A stretch of 64,000 nucleotides of DNA from Schizochytrium sp. TIO01 (lineage: Eukaryota; Protista; Bigyra: Labyrinthulomycetes), in the NCBI GenBank assembly GCA_004764695.1, contig SMSO01000037.1:2642747-2706746 (forward strand). Reading direction: 5' to 3'. The notes under the pieces were generated by a model that saw only the letters and a list, made by a program, of their open reading frames with translations, was not told the origin of the DNA and did no database searches. The position numbers and the translations under genes are program-made. Shown here one piece after another: positions 36,701 through 47,830 of the stretch (position 1 is its first letter; the number at the start of each line of letters is the position of its first letter).

Positions 36701-37104
36701 TTTTCACGTAAGCCAGAGCACGAAAATTCATTCGCAGGATTGCACGTATCTGCATCATTTGCTACCATGTCATCACTAGTCTCATCCATTTTGGTGGCAC
36801 TTGTATTTTCCATGTCTGGCACCATTTTACAGGATGAAGAAGAAATTGAAGAAGGAAATCCTAGACCAGAGCTGTTGATGCCAACTGACGAATTCTGTGG
36901 CAAATTACCTGTTGCTGACGACGACACCCCTAAGAGCTCTGAATCTCCCGTTGACGTCGTTGTATATTGATGAGTATTCCACGACCTGGACGCCTGTCTG
37001 ATTCCGTTTTCTTTATCTTCGGCACTTGCAGAGTGCTCAAATCGATGTGCTGATCTCCGCCTACCCAAATTCGATGTTTCTTCAGTCTCCAACGGAGCTC
37101 GCAT
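33763..37104 (-). CDS. Dual-specificity (MAP-kinase-type) phosphatase with long disordered N-terminus and C-terminal gelsolin-like segment, 1113 aa
   Basis: TEVLDHLYIGS, acid loop LRDKSTQDI, P-loop VFVFCQRGISRSATIILAYLI, VSPNVGFAMQL; tail LYIWHD...VLCGKEPVVFWQAL resembles a gelsolin repeat. Confidence 0.92.
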   Translation of the reverse strand: MRAPLETEETSNLGRRRSAHRFEHSASAEDKENGIRQASRSWNTHQYTTTSTGDSELLGVSSSATGNLPQNSSVGINSSGLGFPSSISSSSCKMVPDMENTSATKMDETSDDMVANDADTCNPANEFSCSGLREKLGNSQEQQRQRQPNYPPLFGSRSASCSLNMGTKELVEDHQYGAKAKPHACKESEDRLINSIGSDASAFSLASTQTCASANSVHSSRVSRSEPNSPCLSPRGSSNSCPMVFHSSLSPLVLSPHAENYDQSPAKLASDSRVGPINAARKAIDVNGLTQGFTLLQSPRTTASLKPLTDRKSPVRQTPLSFVAESSPRGAGARDEPLFRRRGPAGQDSAMEDSFTGKPTADEKDKKASQDRREDQNMDAKVPRIRTEDGNVHARPITAPDAYIRSSHSSRIHNDAQTMNMSQRRLRAAHSSPLEEAPGFDFNTQSTQQNKAEDGTNNSLMETSSTAKGPADRPWSADVSSLQSTSSSSSLSKQHSSRLYFSPASSDGKAPSGAGAKQVSSTSSRFPSPPSSVLSMTSGYGGLTPERHRKHLDTTHAEVNSADGLQGFGKCQHSNNQLQSPVDKGTASLSSPDDNGEAHQFFSSRTAPTQPPLPAPTPRHGRRPQTRSLWLDTGDDTIGTISSKKDQSGSSHPASISQHGHLQTSSPPLLHQNRPSPLSPSRSRPGLSLTVDTTPTKSNGGFKGFGSPPQSQKSSSPFPVPKLIAGSSSGADATGAPGSGYQSMIVNSNSLKRRRPGLKLDLTVQTADLRSNERLSPEASPSYVPPPRSGRSLRPVSLNVMTPQTPRYEPPTPGGKPKYVCTEVLDHLYIGSMFALMHNSEDFINEHHFTALIDCSTRRKHQPKVDLPEGISTLTLHLRDKSTQDISGTFFPAIQFIENVLQEGGRVFVFCQRGISRSATIILAYLIWRHNWDYQEAVAFLKQKRAEVSPNVGFAMQLMLWATTRPSRVARQSIVYKFNVSEVDQTYRTFPNGRRAPIALTSGPVTPVKFNMFKPSRSGEQVEDEMPRCWIVCAPSCDTLYIWHDTEVPENVLSSAQTAAFQLITYEQAPRVVTRVLCGKEPVVFWQALALAESSEVDLSPSLRPPSLQYDFP

Positions 37105-39165
37105 GTCGCCTCAAGACTACAATCAGAATCTCACTTGACGTTCGAGATCCTTCTGGCTTCGCCAGAGCAAGTTTTGTCTGCAAGTTGCAGCAGCAATTCC
37201 AGCTCGCGCAGTTCTCCTAAACCCGAGTGACTGTAACCCCCGTCAACTTCTTGGCTCCGTTTATCTCGCTTTCTATATTTCTGCAATTTTTCGTTACTCT
37301 TTCCTATGTCTTCAGCTGCTCCAGAACTCAATGCAATGACTCCTTCGCAGAACTCGCCCCGGCCCTTGAGCTTTCTCCACGATCCAGTGAAGAGGGCGTC
37401 AAACAACAGCAAGGACACAGACCGATAGGTCAATCACCCAATTCGACGGTCAGATATCAATGAGTCACAATCACTCACTCACTCAGTCAGTCACTCAATC
37501 AATCACTTGAAGCAACCGACTCGCCTCCGGGCTCTCCGCACCGCAGAACCCGGTCTATGCCGCCGCCAATGGGCGGGGTTGCCCACGCTCCACGACCGTC
37601 CAAGCCGCCGCGGCTCTGGACGTGCCTCTGCCGCGGCTGCTCGCGCAAAGCAAGCAAGCACGCGCGCTCGCACGCAGCCTCGTCGGGGTCTGCGGCCCTT
37701 CTCTCTCTTTCTCTGTCTGTCTGTCTGTCTCTGTCTCTCTCTTTTCTGTCTCTCTTCAACCCATCCAAAGAACTTATCTCTGCCTAGGCCCTCCTAGGCG
37801 CCTTCTACCGGTATTCCTTTGATCATTTGAACAAGACAGGAAAAAGAGGCCAAAAAAAGAGAGAGAAAGAAAGAAAGAAGAAATAATCAAAGAAAGAAGA
37901 AATAATAATTAATCAAAGAGGGAAAGAAAGAAAGAAAGGAGAGGATGAAAAGCAGTTTTCATAAAAACAAGATCGATTCTTAGAAGGTCGATACTTTTAG
38001 ACGGCGAGCGGCCAGTCAGCTTAGAATCACTTAGGTGCGGCCAGGAATCCGTCTGTGGTCGTTCTCGATTGATTCAAGTGTCCTTCCTTCAAACCTGGTG
38101 AATAGTCCAAGATAAGCTCGCAGCCCCGAAGAATACTGGAGATTAATGCTGCGTTTACGAGGGGTCTGTCACTCTCGCGTGGTGCCGCCTACCTACGATC
38201 TGCCTGCTTGCATTACATTCTTTCTCAAGAGGTAGGTAGATCGTTAAAGTGCCCTTTTTTTGGCTTTGTTATTTGTTACGGTGAAAGGGGGTACTCTTAG
38301 TGTAATCATTATGAGGACACTAGCGAACTCTCTGATAAGCCGCCTGTCTTTCGTTTTGCAATTAAAGTTTACATACGAACTTTAGCAACGTGCTCTCTCT
38401 TGTTTTTCCCGCCGAAGACTTGGCCGCAAGAGATGCCCAAGAGATCTGTGTGGTCTCAGAACCCAACGCTTATGGGGTATAAGAATGTGGTTTTAGGCTC
38501 TGGTACTCGCTTCAGAGGTATTTTAGGTGACCTTCTATCGCGTTTCTGCTTTTGCATGCTCGAGGCCTAGTGCTGAGCGGCGTTGCTGTTAAGCTTGTAG
38601 AAGCTTGGGCCCAGAATTCGGCTTGTTTCGCGTTACTGGGAGTCCTAGATAATGGTACTGTTTTGGTACTAGTCCGCGTCTTTCATCTGCTGCTATCCTT
38701 AGGTGGGTAGAAGAGTAGAGAAGTTTACCGGAATTTGCGAATTAACAGAAAACTGGTAGGTAGCTAGATGCCAAGGTATCTCGGTGTAGGAGACAGGTGG
38801 TTGGTTACCTATCATCGAAGATTCTTCGTAATCTTTGGTAATCTTTGAGAGGATGAGCTTGGCATTTGCTCATTTATCGTAACATGTTCCTGAGAGTGCC
38901 TTTGGAAGAGAATCGCCAACAGTGCACAGGTCTGACGTACTTTGGGTAGAAGGAGGTTCAGATAGATGCACAGAAAACGAGACTTGTAAGACCGATTGAA
39001 CCTCCATGCTGACAAAATTTTATTGGATGAATAATGCAGATAGCTGCCCAAGACAATGGAACTTGATTAAATATCATGAAGAGAATTAAAGAAAATTAAG
39101 GCATTGCAATTAAACGAAGGATTATATAGTACTACATGTGAGGTAAGAGAAGAGTATAATACTGA

Positions 39166-42084
39166 TTACGTTGCCGCACAAATCTTGCGTCGCTTGTTAG
39201 GAGGGGGGATTGACCGGAAAGCTTCAACGAGGTCGCGGCGTAGACGGTCTGAAGGAGGGAGGGGTTTTGGCCAGAACATTTGGGCACCATTACGAATATG
39301 CTCAGCCTTTTGGTCATTTCCTGACATACCAACTATAACAACATGAGGATCGAGGCTGCGAAGCTTCGCAATTGCTTCAGCACCATTGAGAATGCCACCT
39401 GTGAGAGGCATAAAGTGATCAATGACAATAATATCATAGCGGAAGTCAGGGTCTTGATCCGGATCCTTCGATTCAGTAAGCTTCTTGATTGCATCCTCTC
39501 CATTGACTGCCTCAGAAAAGGACCAGCCGAGGCGAAGGCGCTCCAATTGACGACGCACGGTCATGCGTACTACCAAGTCATCATCTACAATAAGGGCACG
39601 GGCGTGTGTGGGCAGTAAAGTGGGCGCTGTCTTTGGTTGTTCAAGAATCGTTGGTGGTTCTTTTTGTTTCTTGCTGGCGGCGATAGAAGTGCCGGATGAG
39701 TTGGTGCTGCTTGAGGTGCCAATGATCCCATCAGGGGTTAATTTTGTGTCGGTTCCATTCATCTCTGTGTCCTCTGTATTAACAGAGGCACTTCCGCTTT
39801 CCATGTCAGAGATTGCTCGCTTGTTTCGGATGCTGATGTCTCCCAATTGATGCAGCTCGGCTGCATAAACATTATCATGATCAATAGGTACATTTGATAT
39901 ACCATTGACTTTTGTAGTGCTGTCGTCGTCTGATCCATTTTTGCCATTTTGCAAGCTGACACGAATAATGAAACGGCAACCAGGCCCCCCCTTGTGACCC
40001 GAGGTGTAACTTGGGTCAAACTCAATACTACCACCCATCTGTTCAATGATACTGCGACTTAGACACAACCCGAGACCACTTCCCCGCATATCTCCGGTGG
40101 AAAGTTTACAATACCTCCTAAACAGCTGGCCTTGAAGTTCTTCTGGAATACCCCTACCGCTATCCTCAACAAAGACGGTGAGCATCTGCGAGGTGACGTC
40201 ATCCTTGGAGACTTCAGCTAGGGCACGGATTTTCACGAACCCACTTGGTGTGAATTTGGTAGCATTCGTAGCTACATTCATGATAACTTGCTTCAAGCGG
40301 AGACTATCCACCACAACGTCGATTTCGTTTTTACATTCAAGGCTGATGTCCAGATCCTTGCTACGATAGGAGAGCATCGCAACAATTGGCTCGAGCACAT
40401 CCGACCGCACCAACGTCCGCCGTGGGCACAATGTCATGGCCTCGGTACTGTGGCGATTGAGATCAAGCATGTTTGTGAGAAGTTCCTGGATATAGGATAA
40501 ACTTGAGCGAACCACATCAAGGTCCTCCACGAGGTGACTGTCAGGTGTGACGAGTTTGCTAACCACAAGGTCTTCGCGAACAAAGCTGCAGGCGGAAAGA
40601 GCGGCAGCTAATGGATTGCGCACCTCATGAGCCATGAATTCGTTGAGCGCTGCTTCAGCACTGGCGCGTTCACGCTCGCGAATTGCATGCTCGCGAGCGT
40701 GAATTAATTCGGTAACATCCTGTGCAAGGAGGAGGACGCCAATCACCGATCCATCTTCAAGAGACGTCCTTCGCGTGATGTTGACAAGTAAAGAGACCGC
40801 ATCATGATCTCCATTAGGATTTTGTAATTTAACCCATAGATCTGTTGTGTATTGTCCACTAAGAGCTTGGTCGATGCTCTTCTCGAGCTCGTCCTTAATT
40901 TTCTTGTTTGCAGCGAAATCGGATAGAACCTTACCCTTTGCCTCAGAGTATGGCACCTTCAAAATACGTGCCATCGTTTGGTTCCATTCGTTGATACGGC
41001 CAGATTGATCAACGCCGAAAATGGGTGCATTTGCATTATCAATGAGAGCACGAAGCTCCTCCAATAACCTTGCGAACTTGTGTCGTTGTTTTTCGATGGC
41101 TTCTTTCTGTTCTTGGATTTCTGCTAGCTGGACTTTGAGCGGTGTGACATCCGTATGTGTACCGACCATGCGCACAGCAGACCCGTCGTCGGCCCATTCC
41201 ACGACACGGCCCTTACAGCGTACCCATACAGTGCTTCCATTCTTGTGGCGGTATCGCACCTCCTGTAGGTACGGATGCACGCCCTTAGTTTGCACGTGGA
41301 GACCCATATTGTGCAGTGCAACCTTAAGATCATCCTGATTGATCATGTCCATCCATGCGCTTGGTTTGTGTTCCTTCTCCCACGGTTCATATCCGAAGTG
41401 GCTCCAGAAACCTGGGCTCATGTATTCGTAATCTGCCTTGATATGCCAGTCCCAGAAACCATCGAACGAGGTCTCCAAGATATTGTCTACACGTTCTTGC
41501 GCAAGTGCCTTCTCGCTTATGTCAAGTATCTCTAGGATAAGATCCGGCTCATCCCCGTCCACAGTACCATTCTCATTCAATTTTCGGCCATCGTCTTTCT
41601 GAGTCTCCATTTTTGTCGCTTCCTTGCCTTTTTCCATCCTCTCTCCATGATTCGAGGCGTCTTCGGCTGTCTTGTGCTCTTTTCCATGGGGCTCTGCACT
41701 GTCTTTCTCCTCCTCATCATCACAACTCCTATCAAGGACTTTTGTTTCTCCTTCAGTGTCGCTTTGGACGTCGTTGTTGATAGTCTTCTGCGGCTGCTTT
41801 TGCTTGCTCTCGCACGCCACAGAGGCAAGGATCTGAAATGTAAGCACGGGCTTGGTTGAGCAGACTTTAAGCTTCTTGATAACTGGCTCGTCACCGTTAA
41901 GTCTTAGCGCGCGCAGTTCCTTGTCGGTGAGCTCGAGCAGCTCGCTGATCGCCGCGCCGACGTACACCTCCCTGACATCATTATCGTCAGTAAGGAGCGA
42001 CACCAGCTTCGAGTTCCACTCCTTCAACCTTCCTGCGCAGTCCACACGCGCCAGGCCAATCGACCGCAGCCCTAGCTGCTCCAT
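39166..42084 (-). CDS. Soluble hybrid sensor histidine kinase: PAS(degenerate)-PAS/PAC-PAS-HisKA-HATPase-receiver, 972 aa
   Basis: H box FMAHEVRNPL, N box RLKQVIMNVATNATKFT, G1 VEDSGRGI, G2 GSGLGL, receiver LIVDDD...IVIDHFMP...FWPKP; PAS/PAC DGFWDW...YRHKNGSTVWV...MVGTHTDVT and LIDNANAPIFGVDQSGRINEWN; no clear TM helix. Confidence 0.95.
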   Translation of the reverse strand: MEQLGLRSIGLARVDCAGRLKEWNSKLVSLLTDDNDVREVYVGAAISELLELTDKELRALRLNGDEPVIKKLKVCSTKPVLTFQILASVACESKQKQPQKTINNDVQSDTEGETKVLDRSCDDEEEKDSAEPHGKEHKTAEDASNHGERMEKGKEATKMETQKDDGRKLNENGTVDGDEPDLILEILDISEKALAQERVDNILETSFDGFWDWHIKADYEYMSPGFWSHFGYEPWEKEHKPSAWMDMINQDDLKVALHNMGLHVQTKGVHPYLQEVRYRHKNGSTVWVRCKGRVVEWADDGSAVRMVGTHTDVTPLKVQLAEIQEQKEAIEKQRHKFARLLEELRALIDNANAPIFGVDQSGRINEWNQTMARILKVPYSEAKGKVLSDFAANKKIKDELEKSIDQALSGQYTTDLWVKLQNPNGDHDAVSLLVNITRRTSLEDGSVIGVLLLAQDVTELIHAREHAIRERERASAEAALNEFMAHEVRNPLAAALSACSFVREDLVVSKLVTPDSHLVEDLDVVRSSLSYIQELLTNMLDLNRHSTEAMTLCPRRTLVRSDVLEPIVAMLSYRSKDLDISLECKNEIDVVVDSLRLKQVIMNVATNATKFTPSGFVKIRALAEVSKDDVTSQMLTVFVEDSGRGIPEELQGQLFRRYCKLSTGDMRGSGLGLCLSRSIIEQMGGSIEFDPSYTSGHKGGPGCRFIIRVSLQNGKNGSDDDSTTKVNGISNVPIDHDNVYAAELHQLGDISIRNKRAISDMESGSASVNTEDTEMNGTDTKLTPDGIIGTSSSTNSSGTSIAASKKQKEPPTILEQPKTAPTLLPTHARALIVDDDLVVRMTVRRQLERLRLGWSFSEAVNGEDAIKKLTESKDPDQDPDFRYDIIVIDHFMPLTGGILNGAEAIAKLRSLDPHVVIVGMSGNDQKAEHIRNGAQMFWPKPLPPSDRLRRDLVEAFRSIPPPNKRRKICAAT

Positions 42085-42133
42085 CTTTCCAACCGCGCAA
42101 GCGCGAGCGCACCAAACAGAGTGCGCCTCCCTC

Positions 42134-42164
42134 GCTGCTGCGGCGGCTGCTGCTGCTGCTGCTG
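42134..42164. repeat. (CAG)n tract (minus strand) 50-80 nt upstream of the histidine kinase ATG
   Basis: gctgctgcggcggctgctgctgctgctgctg on + strand. Confidence 0.88.
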
Positions 42165-44600
42165 TTTAGCTTTTTGTTTGATTTCTTTCTTTAGTTGGGC
42201 ATTTCTTCCTTTATTAGTGTCGTATGCGATTTCTGTACTTTATATCGCCTTTCCTTTCTTCTCTCCTCCTTGCCTTGGACAGGTTTCCTTAGTGAGGTCG
42301 TATAGGTTTTAACATACCCATGCGCCCTTCCCTTTTCCCCCCTCTTATCACACTACTAGTCTTTTACTTATTGAAAACTAAAATTAAAATGTAGATCACT
42401 CTATTCTTTGAATGTTTTATACTCTACAACAGTATATTAAAAAAATTAAGAATACATTAAATATGTTTTTATTCTCTAGAGGAAGGGAGTAAATTTTAGT
42501 TTAGTTTACACGAGGCGAGTATACCATAAAACTATAGCCACTTTAACAACTTGAAACAAAAGTAAAAATTTCTGACAAAAGTGCGTTCCAAGCTTCTTTC
42601 TAAAATACCAATTCTGGGATAAAAATTAAAATTAAAATTATATTGACAGAGGTAGACACCTACCGGTTTCTTTATACATTGTTAAGAGACCACTGCTATC
42701 TAAGCTCTAAGTACCTATTGCGTTTTTGTCAAGATTTTTATTTGATCGATCAAGAAACATCATTCGCTCATCATACCTACCTACCCATCGCCTAATAGAA
42801 AGGTTACCACTCAGCCTTGCCGTTTTCCTTTAGTTTCATTTCTGGTTTCATTCCATACTTTTGGCTTTCCTCTGCACTCATCGTCTGCACTTCTTTTAGC
42901 CGACAGACAGAGAGGCATTTCCTATTTCTCCTGTCGAAGCGTCCAATTAATAAGACAACCTGCTATTTAAAGCAACAAGGCCAAAGTTTCTCAATGTTAA
43001 AACAATTTTATCTATATCGAAAAATGAAAAAACCAAGATCGATGGAAATATACATATACCTACCTAATGTTATAAATTAATAATCAATTGATTGTGGATG
43101 AAAACCCAAAAGCTGTAAAAACGGGCGTAGTGCAGCACATATAATGATCCGCTAGCGATGTTTTCTTCGAAAATAGTTGTCACATGTGCATCGTTGATCA
43201 GCCAATCGATCGAGGTTTGTATTCCAAGGCCTCTCTCTGTTGGGAAAGCAATTATGCTTTGGTCTTCATTCCTCTCGCAGACTTTAAGCTTCAAGAATTT
43301 ATTTTCGATAGACATCATTTATTAAGAACCTCCCTTTCAATCCACATTGTTGTATTATTAGTTGCACACTGTTCTAAACCTAGTCATCTATCATGCGATA
43401 GTTAGCTTTCACGTCATGAGGCCTAAGGTTTTAGCTAGCTGGGGCATTCTGAACAGCAAAAAAAACTCGAGTTCTCGCCGCTTCGGGTCTTCGGAGCTCT
43501 TAAAGCCGCTGCCAAAGCCTCTAAAAAGCTGCAGAAGGCGCTGCTTCTGCGACTGAAGACAGACCTATCTACGGACTCGGAGCTAAATCAATGGGCCACC
43601 GTCTCAGAAATCAGGCAGAAAAACTTCAGATCGCAAGGTGCTGATAATAATTCGAGCGACACGCCAGCTACGTACCTACCTATGTAATAATACTAGTAGT
43701 ACTTTTCATCTTCTCTTTTATTTTATTTATGTAATTAAAAATAATAATAACTCAGAAGGAAACAAAATTAATATAAAATACTATACTTCCCGCTACTTGC
43801 GATCAGAGTTTATTATTTTTCAGAAAATAAAAAATAAAATAAATATCAATCAATCTTTTTGAGGATACGAAGAAGAAAGAAAGACTGCTTTCCAATTTTC
43901 TTTCGGAGTGTTAAAATAAAAAAGGAAAAAGAAGAAGAAGCTTGAGACGAGGAGATAAATCGCACAGAGACGAGTTACAGTACTCGCAGAAGAGTGGCTT
44001 TCCTCGCTTGGAGCCGCACTTATCCTGCAGCAGAGAAGCACTTTCGCGATCCGACGCCCCATCTGGGAAAACAACCATGTCATGAGCCGCTGACGAGGAG
44101 GCGAAACGAGCTCGCAACAATAGGCCATTCAACCATTGATTCATTTCTTTCCTCGTCATATACATTTCTCGGCGAATTTGCCCGCCCTTTGAAAGGCTTC
44201 CACTCCCTGCCCTCTCTTTCTATCTCCTCACAGCCACCTCGCCGCCCAATCCTCCGAAACCTGAGCGCTGTGGTAGTGCTGTGGTACGGCTCGACCCTGC
44301 TGCGGGAGGGCCTCCACCTTCTTCTCCGCAGCTCCCCTTTGTATTTCCAGCTCGAGGAGGGATGATTAGTTACCGAGACGAGAACAACTGACTCATTTAT
44401 CAATCTATCAATCGGCCTTGTGCCTCGATCAAACATCTACCTCTGCGCGATTTAAAAGCAAACCAACGCGAAGCAAGCTAGAAACCAGTCTTCTTCGTCC
44501 TCTCGCGCGTGCTTTGATCATGTGGCGGCGCAAACTGTCCCGCAAGCCGCTGGAATGGTGGTTACCAGGTCTGCTCACAGCCCAAAGCGCGTATTTGTTG

Positions 44601-44636
<36 letters not shown>

Positions 44637-46029
44637 TCGTTTTCTTTTCCTCTTTTACACCATGAGATGAACAACTTTCTTTCTTTCTTTCTTTCTTCGA
44701 CTACAGCTAAAACCACAAGTTTCTACAGAAGAAACCATCGCGAAAACCTCAAACTCGAGGTCTCCATGGAGCAGTTTAGATCACCTGCGTCGCTCTGCCG
44801 CTCATCTCCCGTACACGAGAGGCCGGTCTCGCGCATCCCGATGGAACACTTGGCCTGTACGCGAGAGGGAACGTACACGGTTACTACGGCGCCGTTGGGA
44901 TAAATTGCCTCACAGAGCGTCTATCAAATCGCTGTCAACGCACACACTGTTTTGCTTGAGCTCGCTCTAGAGAAAAAGAAAGGTGGATAAATAAATATAA
45001 ACAAACCGCAGTGAGTTTGACTTTGGTTTCCATGGTAGGTTTCCTTTGCGACCTTCTCCGGTTCTGGGCGCGCGGAGGGAGGGGAAGGAGGGAGGTGGAG
45101 TATATCTCAGGCCAGGGGTTGCTGCCCACGCACAGCGCAGATAGAACGTGGAATTAATCGGGTGAGAATAAGAACTGGTGTTCGTGAACGAGCAAAATGG
45201 ATGACTGATTGATTCATCACCGCGAGAGCTTTGAGACCTCACCTGTCTCGGCGATTTGTAGTTTCCTTTCTCTCGCTCAGTTTTTTAGGCAGGGGCTACC
45301 TAGTACCATAAGCGTCCTTAGCGGCTGATTACTAGTCTCGTACCGCTTCTTTATTTTGTTTCCTATGAATGAATGTTTGCAACATTAAATAAATTACATT
45401 ATTTTTTTAGAGATGAAAAGACAAGGAGAAATGAGGACTACCTGTTTGATTAATCGAGGACTCCTCTATACACTTGTTTATCTACGCAGCTCTGCACCTA
45501 GCTCTGCCTAAGGCCCAACCCCTACACAATGAGCAGCGCCCAGCTCAGCTTCTTCTTTCGCTTTTAGAATAACTGCCTAGTCCTCTCCAGTTCATGCCCA
45601 GCAACAGGAGGCTTAAAGCTTCTTCTTCTTTCTTCTTCTCCTTTCTCGTTCTTACGTGAATTGTGGAGTTTTAAGAGGTCATTCGTTTTGTGGGCAGATA
45701 GAGAGATTCCTCTCCTCTGCTATTCAAACCAGTACCATTATCATTACAACTCCTGCGCTAAGTCAATTTCCACGTGCTTACGTTCGTATTCTCTGAGTAT
45801 TTATTTATCTGCTCCTGCTCAGGGCGAATTCCTCGCGCAGCGGCCGAGCACCGCAGGCTTCGGGGAGCGCCTCCCTTCGGCAGAGCGGGGGGCCGGCCAA
45901 TGCCAGGCAGCCAAACAGCCAGGCAGCCGAGCAGCCTTCTTGGCAACCAAGTGCAAGCAGGCAAGTGCGGAGGAGAAGGAGCCCTCGGAGAAGGCAGCAA
46001 AGCCTTCTCTGCGAAGACCGACTCATAAC

Positions 46030-46041
46030 TCTCTCTTTCTC

Positions 46042-46074
<33 letters not shown>

Positions 46075-46131
46075 TCTTTGGTGTTCATTGTGCCTGTTCT
46101 TGTTCTTGTTCTTGTTCTTGTTCTTGTTCTT
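46030..46131. repeat. CT-rich tract followed by (TGTTCT)n x6
   Basis: Pyrimidine run from 46030, hexamer repeat 46095-46131. Confidence 0.88.
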
Positions 46132-47750
46132 CTCCCGCTTAGAAGGTGATAGCCGTCTACTAGGCAGGAGGTGTTATTTTAATAACAGTTAACACTCACT
46201 CACTCTCCCCTTTCCCGATAGGATGATTGTTATCGTTCTGTTTCTGCTGCAATGGTTTGTTATCTGTCTACTTTTGTTTAGTTATTTGAAAGAAAATGTT
46301 TTGGTTTGGGTTTTAATTATGTTTGAAACAGGTACTGAGGTGTAGATGAGACCTAAGCAGGGTTAGGGTGAGCGATCGCCACTCAATTGATCAGAAAGAA
46401 GAAGGGCAACGGAACGATCGATCGAGCCATGCATCAGTCAACTTGAAGAGGTTGCATGGTGTCAACAGGGAGACCCCTGGGAGTTGAGTGGCTTCTGCCA
46501 TGCCAGTGCGCATATTCAGGCTTGGAAAACATAGAGAAAGCTGGCAGACTTGGCCTTGGGCAGGATCGCCAACACAGCCTTCAGGCAACGAAAGAGCACT
46601 AGGCTTTCTTTTTTTCTTTTTTTCTTTTTTCTTTTTTAAAATTAAACCAACTTAGGAGAGGCGGCATAAAAAGGTACATTGGTTCGTTCATACATAAATG
46701 ATGAAAGGAAAGGTTAGTATTGGTATTTGGGTGAAAATTTGTTCAAGCTGGAATTTTTTTATTTGTTTTGATTACTAAGATAATAATAATGATACTGATG
46801 AAAACACTTTGGGCAAGGCTTCTTTCTATTCTCTTATTTCTGCTTTTCACTGATGTGGAGAATGTCAACCATGCCATACAATGAGTCAGAAAGAGAAAGG
46901 CCTTTGCGCTGCTAGGTTTTCTGCCCTCAATTCAAGAAGTAATGTGTATCGACGCTGCTCAACGCCTTTAAAAAGCATAGGGGCACAGGCGTGAGGCGTG
47001 CTTCCTCAGCGCCCTCGATCTGATCTGATCGCTCGAGGCTCCATCGTTCTCTCGACGAGTAAAAGCAGAGTTCTTCGCCCCAAATGTATTTTCCAGCCAG
47101 CTCATTTTTCCAGCTAAGCTGGGTACTAGCAAGATGGATAGTTAGGAAGTTAGCTATCTGCTAGTGTTAGCTGCTTGCTGCTTGGCTTTTCTTTTTCTTT
47201 TTCTCTTCTAAGACAAATTATACGCAGGATGAAAAGCTTATATTTGTTTCTTCTGTCTGTTTCTCCTCTTTTTTGTGAAGTAGGTACCTAAATTCGATTT
47301 CTAGTTTCTCCAGAGTTTCTTGTTTCTTTGTTTGATTGGCTGGATGGAGAGAAAGGGAGGGAAACAAAAGGACCCACAGCCTACTGGGGCTTCCTTCTCT
47401 CCCTCTCTGCGCATTTCGCAGTGGAGGTGTTGGATCAAACACTGCGGAGTTGCTTCGCGCTGTCTGTTGCTCAGTCTCTCTAGGATCCAGGGGCGCTGTT
47501 TCGCGAGATCGACACGACATCCGCTGAAAAGGGCCCACCTATGCGCGCTCATAAGCAGTCTCTAGCTGTCGCAAAGAGGTCCTGTGCGCAGAGACGCCCT
47601 CTTTTGTTTGCTTTTTTGTTTGATTCTTTATTTCTTTGCCTTTTGCGTGGTCCGTTCGTGGCGTGATTTCTCGCTCTTACCTTGCTTTTTTGCACGTTCA
47701 GATTCATAAACTAATTGATTGAGTTATTCATTCATTCATTCATTCATTTG

Positions 47751-47830
47751 ACTGATAAACTGATTGATAAACTGATTGATAAACTGATTGATAAACTGGT
47801 TGATAAACTGATTGATAACTGGTTGATGAA
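47751..47830. repeat. 12-bp minisatellite (TGATTGATAAAC) x~6
   Basis: TGATAA at 47753, 47765, 47777, 47789, 47801, 47813; preceded by (ATTC)n at 47728-47748. Confidence 0.93.

Noticed and set aside
39166-42084. Bacterial contamination or a prokaryotic operon (HK plus Maf)
   Set aside because: Both genes are embedded among myosin, RGS and AGC kinase genes with eukaryotic spacers, and both families occur in eukaryotes.
47751-47830. CRISPR-like array
   Set aside because: 12-bp head-to-tail units with no unique spacers, no cas genes, eukaryotic context.
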